Assembly: GCA_964622945.1 (NCBI GenBank)
Contig: CAZURM010000001.1
Location: forward strand, 71,062 to 135,061
Length of the DNA: 64,000 bases
Direction of reading: 5' to 3'
Origin: an uncultured Proteiniphilum sp.
GTDB lineage: Bacteria > Bacteroidota > Bacteroidia > Bacteroidales > Dysgonomonadaceae
A program made the translations under genes and the position numbers. Under the pieces are notes generated by a model. That model made no database searches. It saw only the letters and a list, made by a program, of their open reading frames with translations, and had not been told where the DNA came from. Shown here in pieces: positions 46,620 to 56,544 of the stretch. How positions within the stretch are numbered: the stretch's first letter is position 1; every line of letters starts with the position of its first letter.

Positions 46620-49373
46620 ATGGACTACAATTTTAGAGAAATAGAAAAGCGGTGGCAACAATATTGGGTAGAAAACAAAACCTACAAAGTAAAAGAAGAT
46701 ACTTCGAAACCTAAGTTTTATGTGTTAGATATGTTCCCCTATCCTTCTGGAGCAGGACTACATGTGGGGCATCCACTGGGATATATAGCATCAGATATTT
46801 TTTCTAGATATAAACGTTTGCAAGGCTTCAATGTGCTTCACCCTATGGGTTATGATGCATATGGACTTCCCGCAGAGCAGTATGCCATACAAACAGGTCA
46901 GCATCCTGCTGTGACCACCGAAAATAATATAAATCGTTATCGTGAACAACTGGATAAGATAGGCTTTTCATTTGATTGGAGTCGCGAGGTTCGCACATGT
47001 GACCCCGATTATTATAAATGGACTCAGTGGGCATTTATACAGATGTTTCATTCTTATTACTGCAATCAGGCAAAACAGGCAAGGCCAATTGCAGAATTAA
47101 TTGAAGTATTCGCAACACAGGGAACAACCGGTATAGATATTGCTTTTACAGAATCAATTGAGTTTACAGCTGAAGAGTGGAATGAGAAAACTGAAAAAGA
47201 ACAGCAGGAAATTCTGATGAATTATAGAATCGCCTATTTAGGAGATACAATGGTAAACTGGTCACCAGACCTAGGAACCGTACTTGCCAATGATGAGGTT
47301 AGTGAGGGCCTCTCAATACGTGGTGGTTATCCTGTTGAACAGAGAAAAATGCGACAGTGGTGCTTACGTGTATCTGCATATGCAGAGAGGTTGTTAGAAG
47401 GGTTGGATAGTATAGATTGGACTGAATCACTAAAAGAAACTCAGCGTAACTGGATTGGTAGGAGTGAAGGGGCTGTCATGCACTTTACAACATCTAATGA
47501 AATTACTTTTGATATATTTACAACTCGTGCTGATACTATTTTTGGTGTAACCTTTATGGTGCTAGCTCCTGAGAGTGAGCTTGTTGAGCAGCTGACTACA
47601 GAAGAACAACTGGCTATCGTAAACGATTATATAGAAAAAACAAAAAAGAAAACTGAGCGTGAGCGAATAACCGACAGATCAGTGTCGGGTGTTTTTTCAG
47701 GTACTTTTGCTATTCATCCTTTCACGGGTGAGCAGATTCCTATATGGATATCAGATTATGTACTTGCAGGTTATGGCACTGGAGCTATAATGGCAGTGCC
47801 GGGACATGATAGTCGTGATTACGCTTTTGCAAAACATTTCAATCTGCCAATTATACCTCTTATAGAGGGGTGCGACATCTCGGAGGAAAGCTTTGATGCT
47901 AAAGAAGGAGTTATGATGAACTCCGATTTTCTTAATGGAATGACTGTTGAACAGGCGATACCTGCTGCTATTGATGAAGTTGAAAAACGTGGACTCGGTA
48001 GTCGAAAAATCAACTATAGGCTTCGTGATGCAATTTTTTCTAGACAACGTTACTGGGGTGAACCGTTTCCTATATATTATAAGGATGAAATGCCTTATAC
48101 TTTAGATGAAAGAGATCTTCCGCTTGAGCTTCCTGATGTGGATAAATATCTTCCAACGGAAACAGGCGAACCACCTTTGGGAAGAGCTGATAATTGGAAA
48201 ACTAAAGAAGGTTATCCTTTGGAACTAAATACAATGCCCGGGTTTGCAGGTTCATCGGCTTACTACCTTCGTTATATGGATCCTCATAATAACGAAGAGC
48301 TTGTTTCTGATAAGAAAAATAGTTACTGGAGAAATGTTGACCTTTATATCGGAGGAACAGAGCACGCCACAGGGCACCTTGTTTATAGTCGTTATTGGAA
48401 TAAGTTCCTTTTCGATCTGGGTGTCTCTTGTGAAGATGAACCTTTCAAAAAATTGGTTAACCAGGGTATGATTCAGGGAAGGAGTAATTTTGTTTACCGC
48501 ATAAAAGGCACCAATACATTTGTTTCTAATAACTTGAAGGAACAATATGATGTTACTGACATTCATGTAGATGTAAATATCGTACATAATGATGTGCTTG
48601 ATATAGAAGCGTTTCGCGAATGGAGTCCTGAATATAAAACAGCCGATTTCATACTCGAAAATGGTAAATATATATGTGGTTGGGCAATTGAAAAAATGTC
48701 CAAATCTATGTATAATGTTGTCAATCCTGATGATATAGTAGAAAAATATGGAGCAGACACTCTTCGTTTGTATGAGATGTTCCTTGGTCCACTTGAGCAG
48801 TCAAAGCCCTGGGACACCAATGGTATAGATGGTGTGCACAGGTTCCTACGAAAAGTATGGAGTCTTTTTTATAAGAATGATATTCTAACTCTCTCCGACG
48901 ATAATCCTTCAAAAGATGAGCTTAAAGCATTGCATAAGCTGATAAAGAAAGTGACTTATGATATCGAGCATTTCTCTTTCAACACCTCAGTATCAGCTTT
49001 CATGATATGTGCTAATGATTTAACATCTCTAAAATGCAATAAAAAATCTATCTTGAGTGAATTAGTCGTTTGTTTATCACCTTTTGCACCACATATTTCT
49101 GAAGAGCTTTGGCATGCATTGGGAAATGAGAGCTCTGTGTGTGATGCTAAATGGCCTATATGCAACGAAGAGTACCTTAAAGAAGATGCTTTTACATACT
49201 CTATTTCATTTAATGGGAAATCGCGTTTTGTTTTAGAATTTCCTACTGATGCATCTAATGAAGAGATTGAGAGAACAGTGCTAACGCATCAAAACTCTCA
49301 AAAATGGATGGGTGGAAAGACACCTAAGAAGGTGATAATTGTACCTAAAAAGATTGTCAACGTGGTATTGTAG
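46620..49373 (+). CDS. leuS: Leucine-tRNA ligase
   Basis: HIGH-type motif (LHVGHPLGY), KMSKS motif, and a CP1 editing domain. 917 aa. Confidence 0.98.
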   Translation: MDYNFREIEKRWQQYWVENKTYKVKEDTSKPKFYVLDMFPYPSGAGLHVGHPLGYIASDIFSRYKRLQGFNVLHPMGYDAYGLPAEQYAIQTGQHPAVTTENNINRYREQLDKIGFSFDWSREVRTCDPDYYKWTQWAFIQMFHSYYCNQAKQARPIAELIEVFATQGTTGIDIAFTESIEFTAEEWNEKTEKEQQEILMNYRIAYLGDTMVNWSPDLGTVLANDEVSEGLSIRGGYPVEQRKMRQWCLRVSAYAERLLEGLDSIDWTESLKETQRNWIGRSEGAVMHFTTSNEITFDIFTTRADTIFGVTFMVLAPESELVEQLTTEEQLAIVNDYIEKTKKKTERERITDRSVSGVFSGTFAIHPFTGEQIPIWISDYVLAGYGTGAIMAVPGHDSRDYAFAKHFNLPIIPLIEGCDISEESFDAKEGVMMNSDFLNGMTVEQAIPAAIDEVEKRGLGSRKINYRLRDAIFSRQRYWGEPFPIYYKDEMPYTLDERDLPLELPDVDKYLPTETGEPPLGRADNWKTKEGYPLELNTMPGFAGSSAYYLRYMDPHNNEELVSDKKNSYWRNVDLYIGGTEHATGHLVYSRYWNKFLFDLGVSCEDEPFKKLVNQGMIQGRSNFVYRIKGTNTFVSNNLKEQYDVTDIHVDVNIVHNDVLDIEAFREWSPEYKTADFILENGKYICGWAIEKMSKSMYNVVNPDDIVEKYGADTLRLYEMFLGPLEQSKPWDTNGIDGVHRFLRKVWSLFYKNDILTLSDDNPSKDELKALHKLIKKVTYDIEHFSFNTSVSAFMICANDLTSLKCNKKSILSELVVCLSPFAPHISEELWHALGNESSVCDAKWPICNEEYLKEDAFTYSISFNGKSRFVLEFPTDASNEEIERTVLTHQNSQKWMGGKTPKKVIIVPKKIVNVVL

Positions 49374-49382
49374 ATAATAGAT

Positions 49383-50255
49383 ATGGGAAAACTTCCTGAG
49401 TTTAGTCTGAAAAAGTTTTACTGGAAAGATTATCTTGTAATTTTTCTAGGGACCTTTATGTATGCACTCGGAGTAACTCAATTTATAATGCCACATCAGT
49501 TTGTAATGGGAGGACTTACAGGTGTTGCTGTACTTATTAACTATGCTTTTGGACTTCCTGTGTCGTTGCTGGTTCTTGTTATGAATGCAATCTTACTGTT
49601 GTTTGCATTCAGAATTCTAGGCTCTGAATTTTTAGTTAAAACAATTGTAGGAGTTGCTTTCTTATCCTTTTTTATTTGGATGTTCGAAAGAGTTAAGCTT
49701 GAAACTATAATGACAGACGAGCCTTTGATGGCAGGACTAATAGGTTCTATTGTTGCCGGTTCAGGTGTAGGCTTGGTGATGTCCGTAAATGGTAGTAGTG
49801 GGGGAACCGATATTATAGTGTTAGTAATCAATAAGTACAGGAATATCACTCCCGGTCGCACCATGCTTCTTGTTGATCTTGTGATTGTTACTTCGTCATT
49901 CATCATATTTAGAAGTGTTGAAACCATTGTTTTTGGTATTATCATTATTGCAGTGATGTCAACATCAGTCGACTGGATCTTAAATGGTATACGTCAGTCA
50001 GTACAGTTTATCATCATATCACAGAGCTACGAAGAGATTGCTAATCAAATTAATATTCAACTAAATAGAGGCTGTACTGTTTTAGATGGAAAAGGATGGT
50101 ATACCCAAATACCACAAAAAGTTCTGTTGGTTATGGCAAAGCGTAGTGAGTCGAACTCTATTTTTCGTTTAGTAAAGAGTATTGACTCCAATGCATTTAT
50201 CTCTCAAACAAATGTTGTAGGGGTTTATGGTAAAGGTTTCGATAGAATGAAGTAG
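49383..50255 (+). CDS. YitT-family membrane protein (DUF2179 C-terminal domain)
   Basis: Five or six TM helices plus a soluble C-terminal domain. Lies 9 nt after leuS. Confidence 0.78.
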   Translation: MGKLPEFSLKKFYWKDYLVIFLGTFMYALGVTQFIMPHQFVMGGLTGVAVLINYAFGLPVSLLVLVMNAILLLFAFRILGSEFLVKTIVGVAFLSFFIWMFERVKLETIMTDEPLMAGLIGSIVAGSGVGLVMSVNGSSGGTDIIVLVINKYRNITPGRTMLLVDLVIVTSSFIIFRSVETIVFGIIIIAVMSTSVDWILNGIRQSVQFIIISQSYEEIANQINIQLNRGCTVLDGKGWYTQIPQKVLLVMAKRSESNSIFRLVKSIDSNAFISQTNVVGVYGKGFDRMK

Positions 50256-50338
50256 ATGGCATGGTATATATGTAACTTGTTTGCCTGCACCCCTCCCTTT
50301 TTTTCTTAAAAAAATCTAGCAATTTTATTGTATAATTG

Positions 50339-50536
50339 TTAACTCAGAGAAACAAAAACATCTTTTCCCTTTATATCAATTATTATTTTCTCTTCACGTC
50401 CCAGCCAGCCAAGAGCGGCATATAAATCTTTGTTTGTTAGCTTAGTTGCTTTTTTAAGATCTCTAATATCTTGCTTTCCACACTCATCTAAGACAGTCCA
50501 TACTTTACCTGCATTGATTCCAAACTTTTCTATCAT
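50339..50536 (-). CDS. Small winged-helix domain protein (DUF2582-like)
   Basis: 65 aa. The GKVWTVLDE...LYAALGWLGREEKI pattern is typical of this wHTH family. Confidence 0.55.
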   Translation of the reverse strand: MIEKFGINAGKVWTVLDECGKQDIRDLKKATKLTNKDLYAALGWLGREEKIIIDIKGKDVFVSLS

Positions 50537-50575
50537 TTTTTTGATATTTTACAATTTTAATAATCTAACTTATTA

Positions 50576-50583
50576 CAAAGTTA
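50576..50583 (-). promoter_or_regulatory. Candidate -7 promoter box (TAACTTTG on minus strand) for the small wHTH gene
   Basis: The + strand reads CAAAGTTA. The box lies 39 nt upstream of ATG 50536. Confidence 0.45.
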
Positions 50584-50653
50584 TATTTATCTTTTCTAAT
50601 TACAATTATTTTTTTGATGCTGATGGATACTAACATGATGAACTGAAAGATAG

Positions 50654-51247
50654 CTATACGGTAGTTTCAGTTGACAGCTCATCCATAATTTTCGTAACTT
50701 GAGCAATCAGTGATTGCTGATTATCATTGTAAATAACAAAATCAGACAATTTGATCTTCTCTGTATCAGGCATCTGATTAAACATACGTGATTCAACCCG
50801 ACTTCTATTTATATTATCTCGTTTCATAACCCTTTCAATCCTAAGTTCTTCAGGTGCATAAACTGTAATTATCTTATCTACGAACTTATGAAATCCTGCT
50901 TCAATAAGAAGTGCTGCCTCTACTACAGCAATAGAGTGGTCTTTTAGATTGTTGTACCATTCTACTAAACAGTCTGCAACTTTAGGATGGATTATTGAAT
51001 TGGCTATTTTTATATTTTCGTCATTATTGAATATCAGCTCTGCAAATTTTCTTTTGTTTAATCTATCATTATCGTAAATTTCGTTTCCAAAATGATATAT
51101 AAGCCGATTTCTTATTTCGAGAGATGTATCGTTTAGTTTTTTTGCTTCGAAATCGGCATCGAAGATGGGTATATTATGAAGCCGGAATATATCACACACG
51201 ATTGATTTACCACTTCCTATACCTCCGGTTACACCGATTTTAATCAT
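50654..51247 (-). CDS. coaE: Dephospho-CoA kinase
   Basis: P-loop GVTGGIGSGKS. 197 aa. Confidence 0.9.
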   Translation of the reverse strand: MIKIGVTGGIGSGKSIVCDIFRLHNIPIFDADFEAKKLNDTSLEIRNRLIYHFGNEIYDNDRLNKRKFAELIFNNDENIKIANSIIHPKVADCLVEWYNNLKDHSIAVVEAALLIEAGFHKFVDKIITVYAPEELRIERVMKRDNINRSRVESRMFNQMPDTEKIKLSDFVIYNDNQQSLIAQVTKIMDELSTETTV

Positions 51248-52239
51248 CTTGTATTTATGTTTTCAAAAAGAAACTCTACAGTTGAAGGAGATATTTTTGG
51301 ATCAATTATTGACGAAGGACTATTGGATAGCTTTAATTCTACACGTCCATCCTCATTGTTCCTAAATGATCGGTAATCTAATTCAATAGAAAAGTCTTCT
51401 TGAGATATTTTTACATAATTCTCTAAAGTTACAGAAAATGAAACTGTTGCACGAGATGGAAAAAACTTTACATCTAAGTTGTTGGGTAAATTTGTAGCTC
51501 TGATAGGTATGTTAAAGGATTGTTCAGTAAATTCAACTATTGGAATGTAGACCTCTACTTCAGAAGGAGAAAATCTAATGCCCTCTACCGGATTTATCTT
51601 AATTGGTAGCTGTGATGTAGCATTAAGATTTTTAAATACAGTATACATTGTTACTGCTGTTTCCAGTTTGCTAAGTGACTCTTGAGATCCATATGCCATC
51701 ACACTTTGTGGAATGAATGACATACTATCGACAACTAGATTAGCCCTGTTTGTTGTAAGTTCTCCGTCAAAAGTAACAAACAGCTCTTTACTCTCTAGCT
51801 TAGAGGTTGATAATGATATTGTCATAGGATAATAACCTCTAATGACAGTACTGGAAGCAAATTTTGTACGAAGGAGTTGTCGTAATTGGTCACCCTGTAG
51901 AAGAGTGTTGCCTTCTAACGCTTGCTCTGTAACATCTATTTCAAGAGAATCCCTTTTTCTAATATCAAGTCTGAAAATTTCTGAACCGTTGTCTGTTACA
52001 CTAATATCTATATATTGGGGTAAGAGGTTGTCGAACACCACATTGTCTGGAATGTTGGTGTACTTTAAGGGTAAACGGTATGTTCCATCGATATTTTGCT
52101 TCTGAAAAAAAAGCATTAGCCAGAATGCAAAAGCTATCACAAGAAAGAATAAAATCATCAATAGATTCTTCCAAGGGAAAGTGGAAAAATTTGATTTAAC
52201 TTTTGGTATTCTATCTTTGATAATAGCTTTTAGATCCAT
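51244..52239 (-). CDS. YbbR-like domain-containing membrane protein
   Basis: N-terminal TM helix followed by repeated beta-rich YbbR-like modules. Stop codon overlaps the coaE start. Confidence 0.55.
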   Translation of the reverse strand: MDLKAIIKDRIPKVKSNFSTFPWKNLLMILFFLVIAFAFWLMLFFQKQNIDGTYRLPLKYTNIPDNVVFDNLLPQYIDISVTDNGSEIFRLDIRKRDSLEIDVTEQALEGNTLLQGDQLRQLLRTKFASSTVIRGYYPMTISLSTSKLESKELFVTFDGELTTNRANLVVDSMSFIPQSVMAYGSQESLSKLETAVTMYTVFKNLNATSQLPIKINPVEGIRFSPSEVEVYIPIVEFTEQSFNIPIRATNLPNNLDVKFFPSRATVSFSVTLENYVKISQEDFSIELDYRSFRNNEDGRVELKLSNSPSSIIDPKISPSTVEFLFENINTR

Positions 52240-52255
52240 GGCAAAGGAAAATTGT

Positions 52256-52567
52256 TTATTGTGCCGCTATATCTTTCGAGGATTCATATACCGATGTTTT
52301 TTCAAACTTCATCTTAACTCCATCGGCCACTTCAACTAATAACCAAGTGTCACCAACTTCTTTAATTTTACCATGAATGCCACCGGCAGTAACTACCTTG
52401 TCTCCTGTTGTCATTGACTCGCGACTCTTCTGCAGTTCTTTTTGCTTTTTTTGTTGTGGACGAATCATGAAGAAGTAGAAAACTGCGATTATGGCAATAA
52501 GCATGAAAAGAGTGCCACCCATACCGCCCATGCCACCACTAGGGTTTGCTTGTAATAAAATATCCAT
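52256..52567 (-). CDS. yajC: Preprotein translocase subunit YajC
   Basis: Single TM helix followed by RPQQKKQKE and the conserved GDKVVTAGGIHGKI motif. Confidence 0.88.
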   Translation of the reverse strand: MDILLQANPSGGMGGMGGTLFMLIAIIAVFYFFMIRPQQKKQKELQKSRESMTTGDKVVTAGGIHGKIKEVGDTWLLVEVADGVKMKFEKTSVYESSKDIAAQ

Positions 52568-52592
52568 AAGAGATAATGTTTATAGTTTATAA

Positions 52593-53519
52593 TTAATTTT
52601 TAAAGATAAGATTTTCATTTTTAATATTCTCCACAATGGCAGCTAAAATTCCATTTATAAAAATACTGCTTTTAGGAGTGCTGTATGATTTTGCGATCTC
52701 TATATATTCATTTAGTGAAACACTTGTAGGAATAGATTCAAATGTAAAAATCTCTGCCAGAGCTATTTGCATAATGATAAGATCCATAAGTGCTATCCTT
52801 TCAAAGTCCCATTTATCAGTATGAGAATCAATTAAATCTCTGTATTTTTTTTCATTAAGTAATGTCTCATGCAGAAGTTTTAATGCATAATCTTTATCTT
52901 CCTGATCTTTGAACATTGGAAGAAGTGGTTGATCAGCTCCTCTATCTTCAGAGAATCTTTTTATTGTTTTAAGCACAAATGATTGTACAATTTCAATATC
53001 ATCATTCCAGTATATAGATTCGTCTTCAAGTAAGTCGTCGAGATCTTCATTTACATATATGTACTGCTTAAATGTTTTTCTCCAAAACTCACGATCCTGA
53101 TCGTATGTAGGTGATTCGATAAGTGAGTAGCTTTTATAAATATTGGAATCAAGTATTATATCAAGCAGATTTTTAATAAAAGCATCATTATTGCTCCACG
53201 ATAGTGGACGTTCGGTTAAATACTTTAACAACTGCTTGTTCTCACTAAGCTGTAACATGAATTTATTCTCGAGTAGATGTGTGTTGGGATTCATGTCCTC
53301 TTCTGTAGGTAGGAACTTATTTTTCTTTGTTTCGATTCTATTTTCATACGTTTTGGTTATCTCTAACATCAACTGTAGCATGTAGTAATAAAGATCGTAT
53401 GATTTCTGCAAACCGAACATTAATTCTTTTTCGGAATTTCGTAAATCCTTATTCGTATTTTGGTACCAAGAATAGACTAATTGAACTACTCTTATACGAA
53501 TTAAATTTCTATTTATCAT
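52593..53519 (-). CDS. nusB: Transcription antitermination factor NusB (long Bacteroidota form)
   Basis: N-terminal IRIRVVQLVYSW and a C-terminal NusB-like segment (LNEYIEIAKSYSTPKSSIFINGIL). Confidence 0.75.
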   Translation of the reverse strand: MINRNLIRIRVVQLVYSWYQNTNKDLRNSEKELMFGLQKSYDLYYYMLQLMLEITKTYENRIETKKNKFLPTEEDMNPNTHLLENKFMLQLSENKQLLKYLTERPLSWSNNDAFIKNLLDIILDSNIYKSYSLIESPTYDQDREFWRKTFKQYIYVNEDLDDLLEDESIYWNDDIEIVQSFVLKTIKRFSEDRGADQPLLPMFKDQEDKDYALKLLHETLLNEKKYRDLIDSHTDKWDFERIALMDLIIMQIALAEIFTFESIPTSVSLNEYIEIAKSYSTPKSSIFINGILAAIVENIKNENLIFKN

Positions 53520-53565
53520 TTTATGAATGAACTTTTTTCTTAAGCAAGAAGCTTTTTTTGAACTA

Positions 53566-53573
53566 CAAAAGTA
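53566..53573 (-). promoter_or_regulatory. Candidate -7 promoter box (TACTTTTG on minus strand) for nusB-yajC-ybbR-coaE
   Basis: The + strand reads CAAAAGTA. The box lies 46 nt upstream of ATG 53519. Confidence 0.5.
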
Positions 53574-53742
53574 GTGATTTTTTCGGTATTATGTAGAAAT
53601 TTTTAAAAATGATGCCATGAATGAACTTAAAACATTGTGTTTAGTAATGTATTGTGTTTTTTAAATTTACAGTTGATATTAACCTATTTCAGGACTAGAC
53701 AGCCCTACTTAATCAAGACATTGGTCTTACATGGTTCTTTAT

Positions 53743-53773
53743 CTCCTCATATACTCCTCATACTTGCTTCATA
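53743..53773. repeat. Three direct repeats phased at 11 nt (CTCCTCATA, CTCCTCATA, tGCtTCATA)
   Basis: Read directly from the sequence. The units start at 53743, 53754 and 53765. The third unit matches at 6 of 9 positions. Confidence 0.7.
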
Positions 53774-53775
53774 TT

Positions 53776-53812
53776 CACCTCGGTTTTAAAGGAAGATGGT
53801 TATACCGAGGTG
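53776..53812. other. Perfect 9-bp inverted repeat (CACCTCGGT / ACCGAGGTG) with a 19-nt loop
   Basis: Read directly from the sequence. There is no adjacent T-tract on either strand, so it is not an obvious terminator. Confidence 0.6.
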
Positions 53813-53878
53813 TTACTAATGTTTTAATTTCTTACTGATAAAATGTTGCATAATAATTAGTAAATCACTACATTTGCA

Positions 53879-53886
53879 CCGCTTTT
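53879..53886 (+). promoter_or_regulatory. Candidate -7 promoter box (TACATTTG) for rplY-pth-S4
   Basis: Exact match 69 nt upstream of ATG 53956, which is an unusually long leader for this window. Confidence 0.5.
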
Positions 53887-53955
53887 TTGAAAGCTCCCGT
53901 GTGATGGGAAATAAAGAAAGCGCTTTATTTTGAGTAACACAAAACAATTTTAAAA

Positions 53956-54600
53956 ATGAAAACATTTGAATTAAAAGGCAAGATTAGAGAGAATTTCGGC
54001 AAAAGAGTTGTCAAGTCATACCGCAGCGATGGTTTGATTCCCTGTATAGTTTACGGAGGGAAAGGTGAAAACTTGAACTTTGTTGTTAAACAGAGTGATG
54101 TTCGCAATCTAATTTACACTCCAGAAGTATTTATTATTAATCTCGATCTTGGCGAGAAAAAATTTAAGGCAATACTTAAAGAGGTTCAATTTCATCCTGT
54201 TAAGGAGAAAATTCTACATATAGATTTCTTGCATGTATTTGATGATATACCTGTGGTTATAGATATACCGGTACGCTTGAAAGGTCTTGCTGCAGGTGTA
54301 AGAGCCGGAGGTAAACTGTCTCTTGATTCAAGAAGATTGAAGGTGAGAGCATTTTTGGCGGATTTACCTGAAGAGCTTGTTATAAATGTAGAGAAATTGG
54401 TTCTCGGAAAATCTATCCAAGTAGGTGATTTGAAGTTTGAAGGACTTGAGCTACTTAATTCAAAAAACACTCTTGTTTGTCGAGTACAACAGACTCGCGT
54501 TTCTAAGGGAGATGAAAGTAGTTTAGATGATGAGGAGACAGAAGAAGAAGGAACAGAATCTGGTGCAGAATCAGATACTCCAGAGTCTACAGAAGAGTAA
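53956..54600 (+). CDS. rplY: 50S ribosomal protein L25 / general stress protein Ctc
   Basis: N-terminal L25 domain (R...GK...R..G.IP.IVYG) and a Ctc-type C-terminal domain with an acidic tail. Confidence 0.9.
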   Translation: MKTFELKGKIRENFGKRVVKSYRSDGLIPCIVYGGKGENLNFVVKQSDVRNLIYTPEVFIINLDLGEKKFKAILKEVQFHPVKEKILHIDFLHVFDDIPVVIDIPVRLKGLAAGVRAGGKLSLDSRRLKVRAFLADLPEELVINVEKLVLGKSIQVGDLKFEGLELLNSKNTLVCRVQQTRVSKGDESSLDDEETEEEGTESGAESDTPESTEE

Positions 54601-54656
54601 ATCTTTATTAGTTTTCACTGTTCAATGCTAAAATTTGAAAATGAAGAAATAATCAA

Positions 54657-55217
54657 ATGAAATATTTGATTGCGGGATTGGGCAATATAGGACCTGAATA
54701 CGAATATACCCGCCACAATATAGGTTTTATGGTGTTGGACGCTTTAGCTAAGGCGTCCAATGCTGTTTTTGAGAGTAGGCGTTATGGGTATGTTACAGAG
54801 ATGCGTCTGAAAAATAAATATCTAATTTTATTAAAACCATCTACATTCATGAACCTTAGCGGTAACGCTATTAGATATTGGCTGCAAAAAGAAAAGATTG
54901 AAACAAAAAACTTACTGGTGGTTGTTGATGATTTGTCGTTGCCATTTGGAACTTTGCGTTTGAAATCAAAAGGTAGTGATGCAGGACATAATGGCTTGAA
55001 GAACATCCAAGATCTGATAGGGTTGAGCTATCCCAGACTGCGTTTTGGGATTGATGATAATTTTAGTCGAGGGGCTCAGGTTAATTATGTACTTGAGGAG
55101 TTTTCGGATGAGGAGAAAGTGCATTTACCTGAGCGTATTAATATAGCATGTGACATTATTCGTAGTTTTTGTCTCTCAGGGATTGATATTACAATGAATC
55201 AGTACAATAATAAATAA
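54657..55217 (+). CDS. pth: Peptidyl-tRNA hydrolase
   Basis: [21 protein letters not shown] and GHNGLKN motifs. Confidence 0.95.
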   Translation: MKYLIAGLGNIGPEYEYTRHNIGFMVLDALAKASNAVFESRRYGYVTEMRLKNKYLILLKPSTFMNLSGNAIRYWLQKEKIETKNLLVVVDDLSLPFGTLRLKSKGSDAGHNGLKNIQDLIGLSYPRLRFGIDDNFSRGAQVNYVLEEFSDEEKVHLPERINIACDIIRSFCLSGIDITMNQYNNK

Positions 55218-55240
55218 TAGGTTGTATTGCTGTTTATTAA

Positions 55241-55645
55241 ATGGAAGAGGTAAGAATAGATAAATGGTTGTGGGCAGTGCGTATTTTTAAAACTCGCACA
55301 ATTGCTTCTGAGGCTTGCAAGAAGGGAAGAGTTGTGATTGATAATGTTGCGGTAAAACCTTCTCGTACAGTTCGTAAGGGGGATATTGTTCAGGTGAAAA
55401 AACCTCCTGTTATTTTTTCGTTTAGAGTGCTTGAGCTTGCAGACAAACGCATGGGTGCCAAGCTGGTACCTGGGTTTATGGAGAATATAACTCCTCCCGA
55501 ACAATACGAAATGCTTGAACTAAACAAAATCAGTGGTTTTATTGATCGCCAACGCGGCACAGGACGACCAACAAAGAAAGAACGACGTGATCTTGAGCAG
55601 TTTACAGGCTCTATGGATTCTTATGATTTTGATTGGGATGATTAA
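55241..55645 (+). CDS. S4-domain RNA-binding protein (Hsp15-like)
   Basis: The VRIDKWLWAVRIFKTR start is typical of Hsp15/S4-domain proteins. Confidence 0.8.
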   Translation: MEEVRIDKWLWAVRIFKTRTIASEACKKGRVVIDNVAVKPSRTVRKGDIVQVKKPPVIFSFRVLELADKRMGAKLVPGFMENITPPEQYEMLELNKISGFIDRQRGTGRPTKKERRDLEQFTGSMDSYDFDWDD

Positions 55646-56355
55646 AATCGATATAATCTTTTATCTAATTTGTTATAAACAGGAACAACAGACATACTGT
55701 TCGGAGTAAGACAGTAAGCTGCATCGCTCGATGCCCCATTGTCAACGAGTCGTTTGTAATGCTCGCTTGCCTTAATATATTCCATTAAATTATTCTTTAC
55801 GCTACGCCATAGCTCAAGCGACATCTTTATAGAGTCTGAATCAAAATATACGTTAGTTAGTTGCATTGCTTTTTCGGCAAAAGCTCCGCCAAAGAGCGTG
55901 TCTTCAAGATTTAAACGATTATTCCAGCCTGCACAAAGAATGACAACTCTTTTTGCCGTTTTAATACATTTTTCAGCTAATACATCAATATTTATAAATG
56001 TGCCTATAAGTAGTTCTTTGCAGTCACTTGCTGCTTCTATAGCTCTTGTCCCGTTGGTTGTGGTGAAAACTACTTCTCTGCCGAATACTTTTTCTTGAGT
56101 GTAGTCGAATGGTGAGTTGCCAAAATCTGCAAAATCGCATTTTCGTGTATTTCGTTCCGCACCTACAATGAAGCCTTTAGATTTATATTCCATAGCTTCA
56201 GTTGTGTTTGAAACAGGAATTATAGCAGTTGCACCGTTATTAAGTATTTCGCACATTGTTGCAGATGCTCTGAATACATCAACTACAATAACTGTGTCAT
56301 GTTCCTTCTTATAAAAAGGATAAAGAGCAGGAGAAGGACAAAGATCTATTTTCAT
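55642..56355 (-). CDS. comB: 2-phosphosulfolactate phosphatase family protein (ComB-like)
   Basis: 237 aa. Pattern VVDVFRASAT...TTNGTRA. Its stop codon overlaps the stop of the convergent S4 gene (TTAA). Confidence 0.72.
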   Translation of the reverse strand: MKIDLCPSPALYPFYKKEHDTVIVVDVFRASATMCEILNNGATAIIPVSNTTEAMEYKSKGFIVGAERNTRKCDFADFGNSPFDYTQEKVFGREVVFTTTNGTRAIEAASDCKELLIGTFINIDVLAEKCIKTAKRVVILCAGWNNRLNLEDTLFGGAFAEKAMQLTNVYFDSDSIKMSLELWRSVKNNLMEYIKASEHYKRLVDNGASSDAAYCLTPNSMSVVPVYNKLDKRLYRF

Positions 56356-56366
56356 GTTTTTTTATA

Positions 56367-56374
56367 CAAATATA
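56367..56374 (-). promoter_or_regulatory. Possible -7 box (TATATTTG on minus strand) for the comB-like gene
   Basis: The + strand reads CAAATATA. The box is only 11 nt from ATG 56355, which would imply a near-leaderless mRNA. Weak call. Confidence 0.25.
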
Positions 56375-56515
56375 GTATACAAATCAATCTCTGACTCATA
56401 AACTCTTTCTTTGTTAACATCTTTTACTCGTATAGTTGTTGTGCAAATATCTTTAGATATGATGTCTTATGCCGTTTTTTTTAAATAGTTTTTAAAATTA
56501 GTTAGTTCAATTTCT

Positions 56516-56523
56516 TATCTTTG
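56516..56523 (+). promoter_or_regulatory. Candidate -7 promoter box (TATCTTTG) for kdsA
   Basis: Contains the ORF-track TTG start (56521). The ATG at 56545 lies 21 nt downstream. Confidence 0.55.
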
Positions 56524-56544
56524 CGTTGCAAAAAAATATCAATT

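Noticed and set aside
53621-53668. 15-codon mini-ORF (MNELKTLCLVMYCVF) in the nusB/rplY spacer
   Set aside because: It has no promoter box in front, no compositional or regulatory logic (unlike the phe leader), and no following terminator.
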